Source: Parcubacteria group bacterium (GTDB taxonomy: Bacteria > Patescibacteriota > Patescibacteriia > UBA1558 > GWA2-36-10). From it: a stretch of DNA of 64,000 nt. The position numbers and the translations under genes were made by a program. The notes beneath the pieces are model-generated. The model had not been told where the DNA came from, did no database searches, and worked only from the letters and a program-made list of their open reading frames with translations. Positions 1-10,741 of the stretch are shown piece after piece; position 1 is the stretch's first letter, and each line of letters begins with the position of its first letter. The stretch lies in the NCBI GenBank assembly GCA_003104935.1, contig PQAE01000004.1, forward strand, positions 6,835-70,834. Direction: 5' to 3'.

Positions 1-230
1 AGGTAGCCGATTAGGGCCCTCCGAGAGAGGTTAGTTTATTAAATAGCCGCCTAAAATTAACACAAATCATAAAAAAAATCAAGCCCATAGCACGCCTGGC
101 GGCGGCTATGAGCCGAGGGCCCCATTTTAGGCCATTTTTAGGACATTTTTGGCTCATTCTTGCCTTTACTTTAGGCCTTTTTTGTGTTAATATTTAGACA
201 CTAATAAGAGTAAAAATTGAGCCAAAAACT

Positions 231-836
231 ATGACTATCTCGTGGTATGGTTTTAACTATTTTAAGCTACAAAACGGCGAGGAGTCGCTGATTTTTAATC
301 CCTATACCTTGGACAAGGTGACGCATTTTGGCAAAGCCAAGGCGGATATGGTTTTGTTTTCTGATCCGGCCAAAGTAGCGGAAGTAAAGATGGATGCCGA
401 GACTTTTGTGGTGGACTCGCCGGGCGAGTATGAGGTCAAAAACATGTTTGTCTATGGCCGGCAGATCGGTCAACAGATTGTCTATGTGGTAAATTTTGAC
501 AAGATCAAAGTCGCTTTTTTAGGAGAGATGGAAGACCGTGAACTCACTAATGGCGATTTGGAGCTACTAGAAGATGCCGATGTACTGATTTTGCCGGTTG
601 GTGACGGCGCATATTTGAATAGTAAGCAGGCCGTCAAATTGATCGGTCAGATCGAACCGCGCGTGGTGATACCAAGTTGCCATAGTGCCGGCACTTTCAA
701 ACTAAAGAGCGATCCGGTGGCGGTCTTTGTTAAAGAATTTGGCGTCAAAGCTGAGGAGCTGGATAAATTTAAAGTAAAAAAGGCCGACTTGCCGCAGGAT
801 GACGTCAAATTAGTTATCTTAAAGCCCAGTGCTTAA
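231..836 (+). CDS. Metallo-beta-lactamase-fold protein (degenerate, Lactamase_B_3-like)
   Basis: ISWYG, PGEYEVK, ADVLILPVG and IEPRVVIP motifs; the metal-binding His residues look degenerate. Confidence 0.7.
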   Translation: MTISWYGFNYFKLQNGEESLIFNPYTLDKVTHFGKAKADMVLFSDPAKVAEVKMDAETFVVDSPGEYEVKNMFVYGRQIGQQIVYVVNFDKIKVAFLGEMEDRELTNGDLELLEDADVLILPVGDGAYLNSKQAVKLIGQIEPRVVIPSCHSAGTFKLKSDPVAVFVKEFGVKAEELDKFKVKKADLPQDDVKLVILKPSA

Positions 837-841
837 GAAAT

Positions 842-1183
842 ATGGAAGAGAAAAACAACAAAATTATCGTAGTTTATATCTTGGCCGGAATATTTTTTGC
901 GGCTATCGTCTACCAATGGGTTAAATTCGCTCCCTACAAAGCAATTTCTGCGCCTCCGGATAATACCTGGGAACAGATCACTCAGCGGGCCGGCCAGGCC
1001 GTCAACACTATCCAGAATAATTTTACAAACGTCAAAGATCAGTTGACCGATATGCAAAGCGAACTACAGCGCCAGGCCAAAGAAAAAATAATATTGGAGC
1101 AAGCCCGGCAATATATCATAAATTTACACAAAAATACCACGACCAGCACGAGCACTTTGAATAATTCTAACAAAAGAAATTAA
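842..1183 (+). CDS. Hypothetical protein with one N-terminal TM helix
   Basis: 113-aa ORF; hydrophobic aa 8-28 followed by a coiled-coil-like segment. Confidence 0.6.
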   Translation: MEEKNNKIIVVYILAGIFFAAIVYQWVKFAPYKAISAPPDNTWEQITQRAGQAVNTIQNNFTNVKDQLTDMQSELQRQAKEKIILEQARQYIINLHKNTTTSTSTLNNSNKRN

Positions 1184-1224
1184 CCCCCTCTCCCTCCCCC
1201 TTACTAAGGGGGAGAAGGAGGGGG
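1184..1224. repeat. C-rich/G-rich palindromic repeat (family A)
   Basis: CCCCCTCTCCCTCCCCCTTACTAAGGGGGAGAAGGAGGGGG; related copies at 34076 and 36827. Confidence 0.7.
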
Positions 1225-1271
1225 TGAAAATACTAGCTTGATAGAGCAGAAAAGAATACATTAATTTATTT

Positions 1272-3761
1272 ATGCCCAAGAAAATACTTAAACCAATTAA
1301 AGAAGCAGAACCTACCCCGGCCACCTATGATCGGGTGGAGCAGTTGTCCATCGTGGACGAGATGCAGAGCTCTTATATCGATTATGCTATGAGCGTAATC
1401 GTCTCCCGCGCTCTGCCTGATGTCCGCGATGGCCTGAAACCGGTGCATCGTCGTATCCTTTACGCCATGTGGACTCTGGGACTGCGCCATAGCGCCAAGT
1501 TCAGAAAATCCGCCACAGTGGTCGGTGAAGTGTTGGGCAAATACCATCCCCACGGTGATGTGGCGGTTTATGATTCTATGGTACGCATGGCCCAGGATTT
1601 TTCCATGCGCTATCAGCTGGTTAACGGCCAGGGAAACTTTGGCTCTATGGACGGTGACGGCGCCGCGGCTATGCGCTATACCGAGGCCAAATTGACGGCT
1701 CTGGCTGAGGATCTGATGACGGATATTGAAAAAGACACGGTTGATTTTGTGCCAAACTATGACGGCGCGCATCAGGAACCGCGGGTTTTGCCGGCCAAGC
1801 TTCCTAACCTGCTTTTAAACGGCGGCACTGGTATTGCCGTCGGTATGGCCACCAATATTCCGCCCCACAATTTAGGAGAACTCTGCGAGGCCATTGCCCT
1901 GCTGATAGACAAACCGGATTCTACCGTCGAAGACCTGATGCAACACGTCAAAGGACCTGATTTTCCCACGGGCGGAGTTATCTATAATATCGATGATATC
2001 AAGGCCGCCTATGCCACCGGCCGGGGAGCGATTGTTTGCCGGGGCGAAGCTGAGATTTCCGAAAACAAATTAGGTCAGTTTCAGATTATTATCAGCTCCA
2101 TTCCTTTTCAGGTGAACAAAGCGACGCTCTTGGAAAAAATAGCCGAGCTGGTCAAAGATAAAAAAGTGGAAGGCATCAAAGATCTGCGCGATGAGTCGGA
2201 CAAAGACGGCGTGCGCATCGTGATTGACCTCAAAAAAGAAGCTTATCCTAAAAAGATTTTAAATAATCTTTATAAGCATACTCAGCTACAGGAAAAGTTT
2301 CACGTCAATATGCTGGCCCTGGTGGATGGCATCCAGCCGCGCGTGCTTAACCTTAAATCAATCTTAGAGGAGTATATCAAACACCGTCAGGAAGTCGTAG
2401 TGCGCCGGACTAATTATGAACTGGCCAAGGCCAAAGACCGGGCTCACATCTTAGAGGGTTTAAATTTGGCCCTGGACAAGATCGACGCCGTGATCAAGAC
2501 TATCCGCGCCTCCAAAGACAAGGAAGTAGCCAAAACAAACTTGATGACCAGATTTAAGCTGAGCGACCGCCAAGCTACCGCTATTTTGGAAATGAGACTG
2601 CAAAATCTGGCTAACCTGGAAAGATTAAAGATTGAAACCGAGTTAAAAGAGAAATTAAAACTGATTAAAGAATTAACCGACATTTTGAAGAGCAAAGTCA
2701 AGGTGTTGAAGATTGTCCGGGACGAACTCATGGATTTGAACATCAGATTCAAAGATGATCGCCGCACCAAGATCGTCAAATCCGCTATTGATAAGATGAC
2801 CACCGAAGATCTGATCCCAAACGAATCAACGGTCGTGACCATGACTCATGACGGCTACATCAAGCGTCTGTCTCCCGAGACCTTCAAGACGCAGAGCCGC
2901 GGCGGCAAGGGAGTGATCGGTCTGACCGCCAAGGAGCAGGACGACGTCAAATTATTTTTCACGGCCAATACTCATGACAACCTGATGTTCTTTACAACGG
3001 TCGGTCGGGTCTTTAAACTGATGGCTTATGAAATCCCGGCCATGACTCGCACGGCCAAGGGACAAAACATTGTCAATTTTTTACAGCTGGCGCCGGAAGA
3101 ACAAGTGTCTTCAGTATTACAATGTCAGGACCTGGCGGCTTTTAAATTTCTGGTAATGATTACCAAAAATGGTCTGATCAAGCGGGTGGCCCTAGACCAG
3201 TTTGAAAACGTCCGTCGCTCCGGACTGATCGCCATCAAATTAAAATCCGGTGATGACCTCTTGTGGGTCAAGCCATCGGGCGGCAATGATGATATAATGC
3301 TGGTTACCGCCCAGGGGCAGTCTATTCGCTTCAAAGAAAAGATGGTGCGCACTATGGGACGCAGTGCCGCCGGTGTGCATGGCATCCGGGTTAAAAAAGG
3401 CGACGAGGTGGTCGGCATCGATCTGGTCAATGAAGGCAAAGTCAGTAAGGATGAGCAATTATTAGTGGTGATGGCGCACGGCTTTGGCAAGCGGACCGGA
3501 CTGGGAAATTATAAAGTGCAGGGCCGCGGCGGATCGGGTATCAAGACCGCCAGTATCAGCACCAAGACCGGGGCGATTGCCGTAGCTAAGATTGTCAGCG
3601 CCCGGCTGGAAAATGACGACATGATTATTATTTCCCGCAAGGGGCAGGTGATTCGCTTGCCTATAAAGTCGGTCAGCATTTTAGGCCGCGCGACACAAGG
3701 AGTCAGACTGATGCGTTTTAAAGACGCTGATGATAAAGTTTCTTCGGTAACTTTTGTCTAA
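1272..3761 (+). CDS. gyrA: DNA gyrase subunit A
   Basis: [29 protein letters not shown] (catalytic Tyr), GyrA-box QSRGGKG. Confidence 0.98.
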   Translation: MPKKILKPIKEAEPTPATYDRVEQLSIVDEMQSSYIDYAMSVIVSRALPDVRDGLKPVHRRILYAMWTLGLRHSAKFRKSATVVGEVLGKYHPHGDVAVYDSMVRMAQDFSMRYQLVNGQGNFGSMDGDGAAAMRYTEAKLTALAEDLMTDIEKDTVDFVPNYDGAHQEPRVLPAKLPNLLLNGGTGIAVGMATNIPPHNLGELCEAIALLIDKPDSTVEDLMQHVKGPDFPTGGVIYNIDDIKAAYATGRGAIVCRGEAEISENKLGQFQIIISSIPFQVNKATLLEKIAELVKDKKVEGIKDLRDESDKDGVRIVIDLKKEAYPKKILNNLYKHTQLQEKFHVNMLALVDGIQPRVLNLKSILEEYIKHRQEVVVRRTNYELAKAKDRAHILEGLNLALDKIDAVIKTIRASKDKEVAKTNLMTRFKLSDRQATAILEMRLQNLANLERLKIETELKEKLKLIKELTDILKSKVKVLKIVRDELMDLNIRFKDDRRTKIVKSAIDKMTTEDLIPNESTVVTMTHDGYIKRLSPETFKTQSRGGKGVIGLTAKEQDDVKLFFTANTHDNLMFFTTVGRVFKLMAYEIPAMTRTAKGQNIVNFLQLAPEEQVSSVLQCQDLAAFKFLVMITKNGLIKRVALDQFENVRRSGLIAIKLKSGDDLLWVKPSGGNDDIMLVTAQGQSIRFKEKMVRTMGRSAAGVHGIRVKKGDEVVGIDLVNEGKVSKDEQLLVVMAHGFGKRTGLGNYKVQGRGGSGIKTASISTKTGAIAVAKIVSARLENDDMIIISRKGQVIRLPIKSVSILGRATQGVRLMRFKDADDKVSSVTFV

Positions 3762-3767
3762 AAAAAT

Positions 3768-4781
3768 ATGGAGGACAGAATAATCTCCGCTAGCGAACAA
3801 GATAGTGACCTCGCCTTGGATGTAACTCTGCGCCCGCAGTCACTCGGGGAGTATGTGGGCCAGTCACAGATTAAGGCTAATTTAGATATTGTTCTTCGTG
3901 CCGCCAAGGGCCGAGGCGAACCACTGGACCACGTCCTCTTATACGGACCGCCGGGTCTGGGTAAGACCACTCTGGCGCATATCATCGCCAAAGAAATGGG
4001 CGTGGGCATCAAAGTCACTTCCGGACCGGCCATATCGCGAGCCGGGGATCTGGCGGCGATTATCACCAATCTGCAAAGCGGCGATATTTTGTTCATAGAT
4101 GAGATTCACCGGCTCAATAAAACTATAGAAGAGATACTTTACCCGGCCATGGAGGATTTTGCCCTGGACATCGTCTTGGGCAAAGGCCCGGCCGCTCAGA
4201 TCCTGCGTTTGGATTTGCCTAAGTTTACCTTGATCGGCGCCACCACCAGATATAATTTGATTTCTTCACCACTGCGCGACCGTTTTGGTATCACGCACCG
4301 TCTGGATTTTTATAATCCAGAGGAGTTGGGGGAGATTATCCGCCGCTCCGCCAAAATATTAAATGTGGCTATTGATGATCAGTCCCGGGGGGAGATCGCC
4401 GGACGTAGCCGGGCCACGCCCCGCATCGCTAACCGTGTACTCAAAAGAGTGCGCGACTACGCCCAGGTCAAAGCCGACGGCAACATTGACCTGGATTTGG
4501 CTCGCCGAGCGTTGGAACTGATGTCTATAGACCAGCATGGCCTGGATGAGATTGATCGCAAATTGTTAAAAATAATGGCTCATAATTTTTCCGGCGGGCC
4601 GGTCGGTCTGGGTACCCTGGCCGCGGCTTTACAAGAGGAAGCAGGCACGATTGAGGACATTTTTGAACCCTATTTGATGCAACTGGGCTTTTTAGCCCGT
4701 ACCGGCAAGGGGCGGGTCCTGACCGATAAAGCTTATGAGTACTTGGGACTGGAAAGAAAACCGGAACAGAAGTTATTTTAG
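3768..4781 (+). CDS. ruvB: Holliday junction branch migration helicase RuvB
   Basis: [36 protein letters not shown]. Confidence 0.98.
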   Translation: MEDRIISASEQDSDLALDVTLRPQSLGEYVGQSQIKANLDIVLRAAKGRGEPLDHVLLYGPPGLGKTTLAHIIAKEMGVGIKVTSGPAISRAGDLAAIITNLQSGDILFIDEIHRLNKTIEEILYPAMEDFALDIVLGKGPAAQILRLDLPKFTLIGATTRYNLISSPLRDRFGITHRLDFYNPEELGEIIRRSAKILNVAIDDQSRGEIAGRSRATPRIANRVLKRVRDYAQVKADGNIDLDLARRALELMSIDQHGLDEIDRKLLKIMAHNFSGGPVGLGTLAAALQEEAGTIEDIFEPYLMQLGFLARTGKGRVLTDKAYEYLGLERKPEQKLF

Positions 4782-4786
4782 TTCAA

Positions 4787-5371
4787 ATGAAGCGATTATT
4801 ACTACACACTTGTTGCGCACCTTGCGCAATTTATGTAATAAAAAAACTGACCAAAGAATTTAGCGTCAGTATTTTTTTCTATGATCCCAATATCCATCCG
4901 CGGCGCGAGTATAATCAGCGCCGTGATGAGATGCGCGGCTATGCCCAAAAAATTGGTTTAGATTTTCAGGAAGGCGAGTATGATAGCATCCGCTGGCTAA
5001 CGGCCACGCAAGGACTGGAAAATGAGCCGGAGCGCGGCCGGCGTTGTGATGTTTGTTTTGATCTGCGGCTGGCTAAAACTGCGTCCCAGGCCAAGGCCGA
5101 GCAATATGATGTCTGGGCCACGGTGCTGACTATCAGTCCTCACAAAGATGCCGAGCGCATCAATGCTATCGGCAACCGCCTGGCCGGACAGTACGGCATT
5201 ACTTTTTTAGACGGAGACTGGAAAAAGCAAGACGGTTTTAAGACGGCCAGCCGGTTTAGCCGGGCGGAAAATTTTTACCGCCAAGATTATTGCGGTTGTC
5301 TGTATTCCAAAGCCGAGAAAGAGCGGGTCAAACATGACCGCCTCAAGATTTATGCAGATAAAATTATTTGA
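4787..5371 (+). CDS. queH: Epoxyqueuosine reductase QueH (DUF208)
   Basis: LLLHTCCAPC, PNIHP, RCDVCF, YRQDYCGC; adjacent to queA. Confidence 0.93.
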   Translation: MKRLLLHTCCAPCAIYVIKKLTKEFSVSIFFYDPNIHPRREYNQRRDEMRGYAQKIGLDFQEGEYDSIRWLTATQGLENEPERGRRCDVCFDLRLAKTASQAKAEQYDVWATVLTISPHKDAERINAIGNRLAGQYGITFLDGDWKKQDGFKTASRFSRAENFYRQDYCGCLYSKAEKERVKHDRLKIYADKII

Positions 5372-6374
5372 TTATAAATTACCGGACGGCCGTATCGCTC
5401 AAAAGCCGGTCAGTCCACGCGATCACTCGCGGCTTTTATTTTTAAACAAAAAAAATGGACAAATTAGCCATTGTCATTTTTATGATTTGCCGGAGATTTT
5501 GCAACCCGGCGACGTCCTAGTGCTCAACGAAACTAAAGTATTTCCGGCCCGGCTGATCGGTCGCAAGAATAGCGGCGGTAAAGTGGAGTTGTTTTTACTA
5601 AAACCCTTAAAAAACGGGCTTTGGCAGTGTTTGATCGGCGGTCGGCGCTTGCGGGCCGGTCAGACCATTTTATTTGCCAAAGGACTCAAAGCAGAACTCG
5701 TTTCCGGTGTTAACACCAAGATTAAGATTGTAAAATTTAATTATAAAAACTCAAAATTGAACACATTAATTGCTCAGCTCGGGCACACACCCTTGCCACC
5801 CTATATCAAGACGCCGGACAGTCAGAAAATTCGTAAGTCATATCAAACAGTTTTTGCCAAAACCAGCGGATCAGTCGCCGCGCCGACCGCCGGACTACAC
5901 TTTACTCCGCAACTTTTAAAAAAATTAAAGAGCCAAGGAGTAAAAATTTTTAAGATAACCTTGCACGTGGGTTGGGGTACTTTTGCACCGGTGTCTGTCA
6001 GCGATATTACCAAACACCAGATTCACAGAGAATGGGTCAGTATCAGCCCGGCCGCGGCCCGGGCGCTCAATCTTTTAAAAAAACAGGGGCGGCGGATTAT
6101 TGCGGTGGGGACTACTACCACGCGCGCGCTGGAGGCCATGACTCGGAATAAAAAATTAATTTCCGGTGAGCAGGACGTCGATATTTATATCTACCCCGGC
6201 TATAAGTTTAAATTTATAAATTCTTTGATTACCAATTTTCATTTACCTCAGAGCTCCCTCTTGTTTTTAGTCTGCGCCTTAGCCGGACAAAAAAATATTT
6301 TACGCGCCTATAATATTGCCGTGCGGCGAAAATACCGTTTTTACTCTTTTGGCGACGCGATGTTTATAAACTAA
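5352..6374 (+). CDS. queA: S-adenosylmethionine:tRNA ribosyltransferase-isomerase
   Basis: PLPPYI, SVAAPTAGLHF, AVGTT, TNFHLP, YRFYSFGDAM; start set at MQIKLFDY. Confidence 0.97.
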   Translation: MQIKLFDYKLPDGRIAQKPVSPRDHSRLLFLNKKNGQISHCHFYDLPEILQPGDVLVLNETKVFPARLIGRKNSGGKVELFLLKPLKNGLWQCLIGGRRLRAGQTILFAKGLKAELVSGVNTKIKIVKFNYKNSKLNTLIAQLGHTPLPPYIKTPDSQKIRKSYQTVFAKTSGSVAAPTAGLHFTPQLLKKLKSQGVKIFKITLHVGWGTFAPVSVSDITKHQIHREWVSISPAAARALNLLKKQGRRIIAVGTTTTRALEAMTRNKKLISGEQDVDIYIYPGYKFKFINSLITNFHLPQSSLLFLVCALAGQKNILRAYNIAVRRKYRFYSFGDAMFIN

Positions 6375-6394
6375 TCTTTAGAGGGCAATATTTT

Positions 6395-6637
6395 GGTAAA
6401 AGAAAATCAGGACCCCCGTATCGCGCTTAGCGCGACGGGGCAAGCCCATCAAAATATAATGTTCTCAAAAGACCCGAGTAAATCGGGTACTATAAAATTT
6501 GGTAAAAGAGAATCAGGACCCCGTAGAAAACGCATGGCTCGTTCTACGGGGCAAGCCCATCGAAATATAATGTTTTAAAAAAAGACCCGAGTAAATCGGG
6601 TATTGTAATACTCGGTAAATGAAATCAGGACCCATTT
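6395..6637. repeat. Tandem ~110-bp repeat array (two full units plus a partial third)
   Basis: Units start GGTAAA..AATCAGGACCC at 6395, 6501 and 6614; the full units share GGGGCAAGCCCATC.AAATATAATGTT and GACCCGAGTAAATCGGGTA. Confidence 0.9.
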
Positions 6638-6826
6638 AATCGCCCCAAGTGATCAAATAAGTCCTGATGACTTCTGTGTTTGTACGATATTCAATTGTCG
6701 ATGATCTTGAGCGGCTTAGAGCCACAACATTTTGTTTTTTTATTTCTGTCACGCTAAGCGCGACTTTTTTGTTGTTTTGAGCCTTAAACGGTTCAAGATT
6801 CTGTGTAAAGTACCTTAGATAACTAT

Positions 6827-6835
6827 ATTATAGCA
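6827..6835 (-). promoter_or_regulatory. Extended -10 promoter (TGCTATAAT) pointing into the non-coding region and repeat array
   Basis: Plus strand ATTATAGCA is the reverse complement of TGCTATAAT. Confidence 0.55.
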
Positions 6836-6851
6836 TATTTTTGGGCATTAA

Positions 6852-7442
6852 TCAAGGATTTTTTTCCAAAAGCAAAATCGTCCAAGGTAGGGGCTGCTTT
6901 TTAGCTATGATTTTAAAGTAAGGAGAGACTAATTTTTCAAACTTATTTATTGACCAATGGTTAATATGTCCAGGGGTATTGCCCCAGTCGGATAGGTAAC
7001 GGCCCCGGGACATATTAAGCATCCTCCAGAGAGGTTCACGCGGCACGCTGATTAGACAATATTTTTTTGTCACGCGTTTTAACTCCGTCAAAGCCTCGGT
7101 CGGTTTTTCTAAATGTTCCAAAACTTCCAGGGCAATGACCAAATCAAAATTATTATCCGGACTATTTATCCTGTAAATCGACTCCTGACTGACGCTGACT
7201 TGAGGATTGCGATTTTTCGTTTGGGCCACCAACTCAGCTTCTATGTCTGAGGCCGACCACAACAAATCGGGTCTCATTTTTACCAAATACTCAGTGGAGA
7301 ACCCCGGACCACAGGCGAGCTCGCGGGCATTTTCAATGTCCAGATTTTTTAGGAGCAAATTTATATCAGCATAAAAATTAGCTATCAGCCGGCGGGCGAT
7401 AAAATTCGCTTGGGTATATTTTCGTGAAAAATCCGGTATCAT
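6852..7442 (-). CDS. Class I SAM-dependent methyltransferase
   Basis: ELACGPG motif I; FDLVIALEVLEHL. Confidence 0.85.
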   Translation of the reverse strand: MIPDFSRKYTQANFIARRLIANFYADINLLLKNLDIENARELACGPGFSTEYLVKMRPDLLWSASDIEAELVAQTKNRNPQVSVSQESIYRINSPDNNFDLVIALEVLEHLEKPTEALTELKRVTKKYCLISVPREPLWRMLNMSRGRYLSDWGNTPGHINHWSINKFEKLVSPYFKIIAKKQPLPWTILLLEKNP

Positions 7443-7508
7443 TTTAGTCGCTTTAATTAGTTTGTGTTTTGTGCTTTAATTATGCTAATCTTATTATATT
7501 ATAGCTAT

Positions 7509-8489
7509 ATGCAAAACACCAGCCAAAAAATTAAATTGATTATCCAGATACCTTGTTATAATGAAGCCGGGCAACTGGCTATGACCGTAGCGGAGTTACC
7601 GCGCCAAATACCCGGCGTTGATATTATAGAATATTTGGTGATTGACGACGGCAGTAGCGATCAGACAGCGGAGATCGCCCATGGATGCGGCATCCATCAC
7701 ATTGTTAAGTTTACTAAACACCTGGGTTTAGCCAGAGCTTTTATGGCCGGCATTGAGAAATCCTTGGAGCAAGGAGCAGATATTATCGTTAACACTGATG
7801 CGGACAATCAATACTTCGGAGGCGATATAGAAAAATTAGTACAGCCCATTTTAGAGGGCCGGGCGGATATGGTTGTGGGCCAGAGACCGATCGAGAATAT
7901 TGAGCATTTTTCCCGGACTAAAAAATATTTACAGCGCCTGGGCAGTTGGTTGGTCAGGCGGGTTTCCCAGACCGATATTCAGGATGCTCCCAGCGGTTTC
8001 CGCGCCTTTAGTCGCACTGCCGCCAGCCAGCTAAATATTTTTAGCGAATATTCCTATACTTTAGAAAGTATTATCCAGGCGGGACAAAACGGTTTAGCAG
8101 TGATTTCGGTGCCGATCCGGATCAACGGCGAAATCCGTCCCTCGCGTTTAGTCAAAAGTACGTTTGATTATATCAGTCAATCAGTCTTTACAATATTGCG
8201 CATTTTTGTGGCCTATCAACCATTAAAATTTTTTGTTACATTAGGCGGTGCTTCATTTATTATTGGGTTACTTATTGGCCTGCGTTTTCTGTGGTTTTAT
8301 TTTGAAAATAATGGCGCCGGTCATGTCCAGTCTTTAATTTTAGCGGCTCTGTTATTAGGTGGAGGATTTTTTCTGTGTATCGTCGGTATCTTAGCGGACA
8401 TCATCTCCGTCAACAGAAAACTTTTAGAGAAAATAGACAACCGCCTCAAGCAGGTGGAGACAAAACTTAACAAAGAAAACAATGGCTGA
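7509..8489 (+). CDS. GT2 polyprenol-phosphate glycosyltransferase (DPM/GtrB-like) with two C-terminal TMs
   Basis: IPCYNE, VIDDGSSD, NTDADNQY, SGFRAF. Confidence 0.9.
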   Translation: MQNTSQKIKLIIQIPCYNEAGQLAMTVAELPRQIPGVDIIEYLVIDDGSSDQTAEIAHGCGIHHIVKFTKHLGLARAFMAGIEKSLEQGADIIVNTDADNQYFGGDIEKLVQPILEGRADMVVGQRPIENIEHFSRTKKYLQRLGSWLVRRVSQTDIQDAPSGFRAFSRTAASQLNIFSEYSYTLESIIQAGQNGLAVISVPIRINGEIRPSRLVKSTFDYISQSVFTILRIFVAYQPLKFFVTLGGASFIIGLLIGLRFLWFYFENNGAGHVQSLILAALLLGGGFFLCIVGILADIISVNRKLLEKIDNRLKQVETKLNKENNG

Positions 8490-9030
8490 TCAGGTGGAGG
8501 GGCTGTTATCCGGCTATTTGCGGAAAAGTCGCGCCGAGTTGGCTCGACCATTTTTGAAAGGTACCATTTTAGATTTTGGTTGTGGGGTGGGTTATTTAGC
8601 TGGTTTTGTTCCGAATAGCAAATATATTGGAGTTGATCGCGACCGAGAATCTCTGCACGTAGCCAAGAAAAACTATCCCCAACATGTTTTTATTGAACAA
8701 TTGCCGCCGTCAGGAAGCTACGATACAATCATCGCTTTAGCCGTAATCGAACACTTGCCAGATCCGAAAGCTCTGTTGTCAGTACTATCTGCGCTACTGG
8801 CCGAGGGCGGAAAAATAATAATTACCACGCCCCATCCGGTCTCCGATAATGTGCATTGGTTTGGTGCAAAATTGGGCATTTTTAGCCGAGCCGCTCATGA
8901 AGAGCACGAACATTTATTTGATAAAAAATCGTTTAACCTTATTCTGCCCGCCAGCGGCCTAGAGATCCTGGAGTATCGGCGTTTTTTGTTTGGTATGAAT
9001 CAGCTATTTGTCATTGGGAAAAATGTTTAG
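8482..9030 (+). CDS. Class I SAM-dependent methyltransferase
   Basis: ILDFGCGVG; YDTIIALAVIEHL. Confidence 0.85.
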   Translation: MADQVEGLLSGYLRKSRAELARPFLKGTILDFGCGVGYLAGFVPNSKYIGVDRDRESLHVAKKNYPQHVFIEQLPPSGSYDTIIALAVIEHLPDPKALLSVLSALLAEGGKIIITTPHPVSDNVHWFGAKLGIFSRAAHEEHEHLFDKKSFNLILPASGLEILEYRRFLFGMNQLFVIGKNV

Positions 9031-10741
9031 AAATAAAAGCAAAAAATTTTGGTTGGTATCAGTGGCGATATTTTTTGTCTTGTTTTTTATCCATTTATTT
9101 TTTTCCTTTAATAATAATACTCTCATTGCCTTGCCGGATGAGCTGGGTTATTGGGGACACGCGCGGTATCTAGCCGGAGGGTATCATCCGCATTTTTACA
9201 ATGCCGCTTTTTACAATTTTGGCTACTCTTTGATTATCTGGCCAGCCTTTATTTTGTTTCGTGAGCTCAATCAGATTCATCAGGCAGCGGTACTGATTAA
9301 TAATATTTTGATGGCCCTTATTATTTTTCCGACCTATTATATTGTTCGGCATATTTATAACTGTGAAATAAAATTGGCCCTAGCTATCGCTTTTGTGGTC
9401 AGTCTTTATCCTAGTTTTTTGGCCCAGACAAATTTTATTATGTCTGAAAACATCCTTATACCAGCCTACTTGATGTTAATTGTTTTTTTGTACCAGTGGC
9501 TGCAAAAGAACAGCTTATTTCATTTAGTTTTATTTTCGTTGGATTCTGTATTTTTGTTCGCTATCCATCCTCGGGCCGTGCTGATGCCAGCACTGGTTGT
9601 GACGCTATTATTGATCTTGATATTTTTTAAAAAAATTAGTAAACGATTTTTTTGGATCGGCCTAGGGACTTTAGTGTTTTCTCTAGGAATAGTAGTTTTG
9701 GTTAATCGGCATCTGGCTGCGGTGGGTTGGAGCACGGTGAACAGTTTTAATTTGGTCAAATTAATACCCACTTTTTTTTCCGGGACCGGTCTGCTTTTAT
9801 TTTTTTCGGCTATACCCGGCCAATTATTGTATTTACTAATTGGCAGCTTTGGTCTTTTTGCTTGGGGCGCGTATTATCTCTGGAAAAAAATAACGGACAA
9901 CTATGGCCGATTGTCTCTGCGGGAGATTTTAGCCGATAATAAAAAAATAGCCATAGCTTTTGTGTTATTTAGCTCTTTGTTGATTCTAATGATATCTTGG
10001 GTATTGCCGATTTTCGCCAATGCCAACGGTAGCTTACGGGCCGATCACATATTTTATGGCCGCTATAATGAGGGTTTTGTTATTTTTTATTTGACGGCTG
10101 GATTAGCGGCCTTATTTGATAAAAGCATAAAGAAATCCTACCATATTTTATGGTTATTTTTATTGGCCTGGCCAGTCAATTATGTTTATGATTTACTAAA
10201 TAAGTTGATTTCGGTGAGTACCTTCAATATTTGGGCCATAACGCCCCTGTTTTATTTATCTGGTCAAAAAAACATTGTTTTAGTTGCTGTTTTTGCAGCT
10301 ATGATCACTATAGCTCTGAGGTTTTCAGCTAGCCATAATTTTAAAGTAACTTTCTTTATATTGTGTACATTTTTTTTATCTTTTGCGGCAGTAAATAGAC
10401 AGATGCTCTTGGAGGGACGGCAGCGTTTTTATCAAGCGGCAGATTTTTCCACGACTCGGTATTTAGAAAAAGCCGGCGATATCTACCAGCTTAGTTTTGA
10501 CATGAGTTTTAACGGCAAAGATCAACCTAATTGGGCCACCTGGTATATCTCCGCCTATGCTTATCAGTATTATTTACCACAAATAAAGTTTGAACAATTT
10601 TATAGTTCTAAAGCGGATATTCCTAAGGGTCCCTATGTACTTAGCCGTCCGGATTGGTCACAGGCCCGAGCGTTAAAGGCGGAAATGGTATTTCAGGACG
10701 ATGCGATCGGTCAGGCTCTCTGGCGTCTGCCCGTTAATTAA
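9023..10741 (+). CDS. Multi-TM membrane protein, probable GT-C glycosyltransferase
   Basis: PDELGY after TM1, many TM helices, located downstream of a GT2 gene. Confidence 0.65.
   Translation: MFRNKSKKFWLVSVAIFFVLFFIHLFFSFNNNTLIALPDELGYWGHARYLAGGYHPHFYNAAFYNFGYSLIIWPAFILFRELNQIHQAAVLINNILMALIIFPTYYIVRHIYNCEIKLALAIAFVVSLYPSFLAQTNFIMSENILIPAYLMLIVFLYQWLQKNSLFHLVLFSLDSVFLFAIHPRAVLMPALVVTLLLILIFFKKISKRFFWIGLGTLVFSLGIVVLVNRHLAAVGWSTVNSFNLVKLIPTFFSGTGLLLFFSAIPGQLLYLLIGSFGLFAWGAYYLWKKITDNYGRLSLREILADNKKIAIAFVLFSSLLILMISWVLPIFANANGSLRADHIFYGRYNEGFVIFYLTAGLAALFDKSIKKSYHILWLFLLAWPVNYVYDLLNKLISVSTFNIWAITPLFYLSGQKNIVLVAVFAAMITIALRFSASHNFKVTFFILCTFFLSFAAVNRQMLLEGRQRFYQAADFSTTRYLEKAGDIYQLSFDMSFNGKDQPNWATWYISAYAYQYYLPQIKFEQFYSSKADIPKGPYVLSRPDWSQARALKAEMVFQDDAIGQALWRLPVN

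Noticed and set aside
6393-6578. 61-aa ORF across the repeats
   Set aside because: Arises from translating the DNA repeat; TTG start and no coding signature
6395-6637. CRISPR array
   Set aside because: The conserved part is ~75 bp, the variable parts are themselves palindromes, there are only 2.3 units, and no cas genes are in the window
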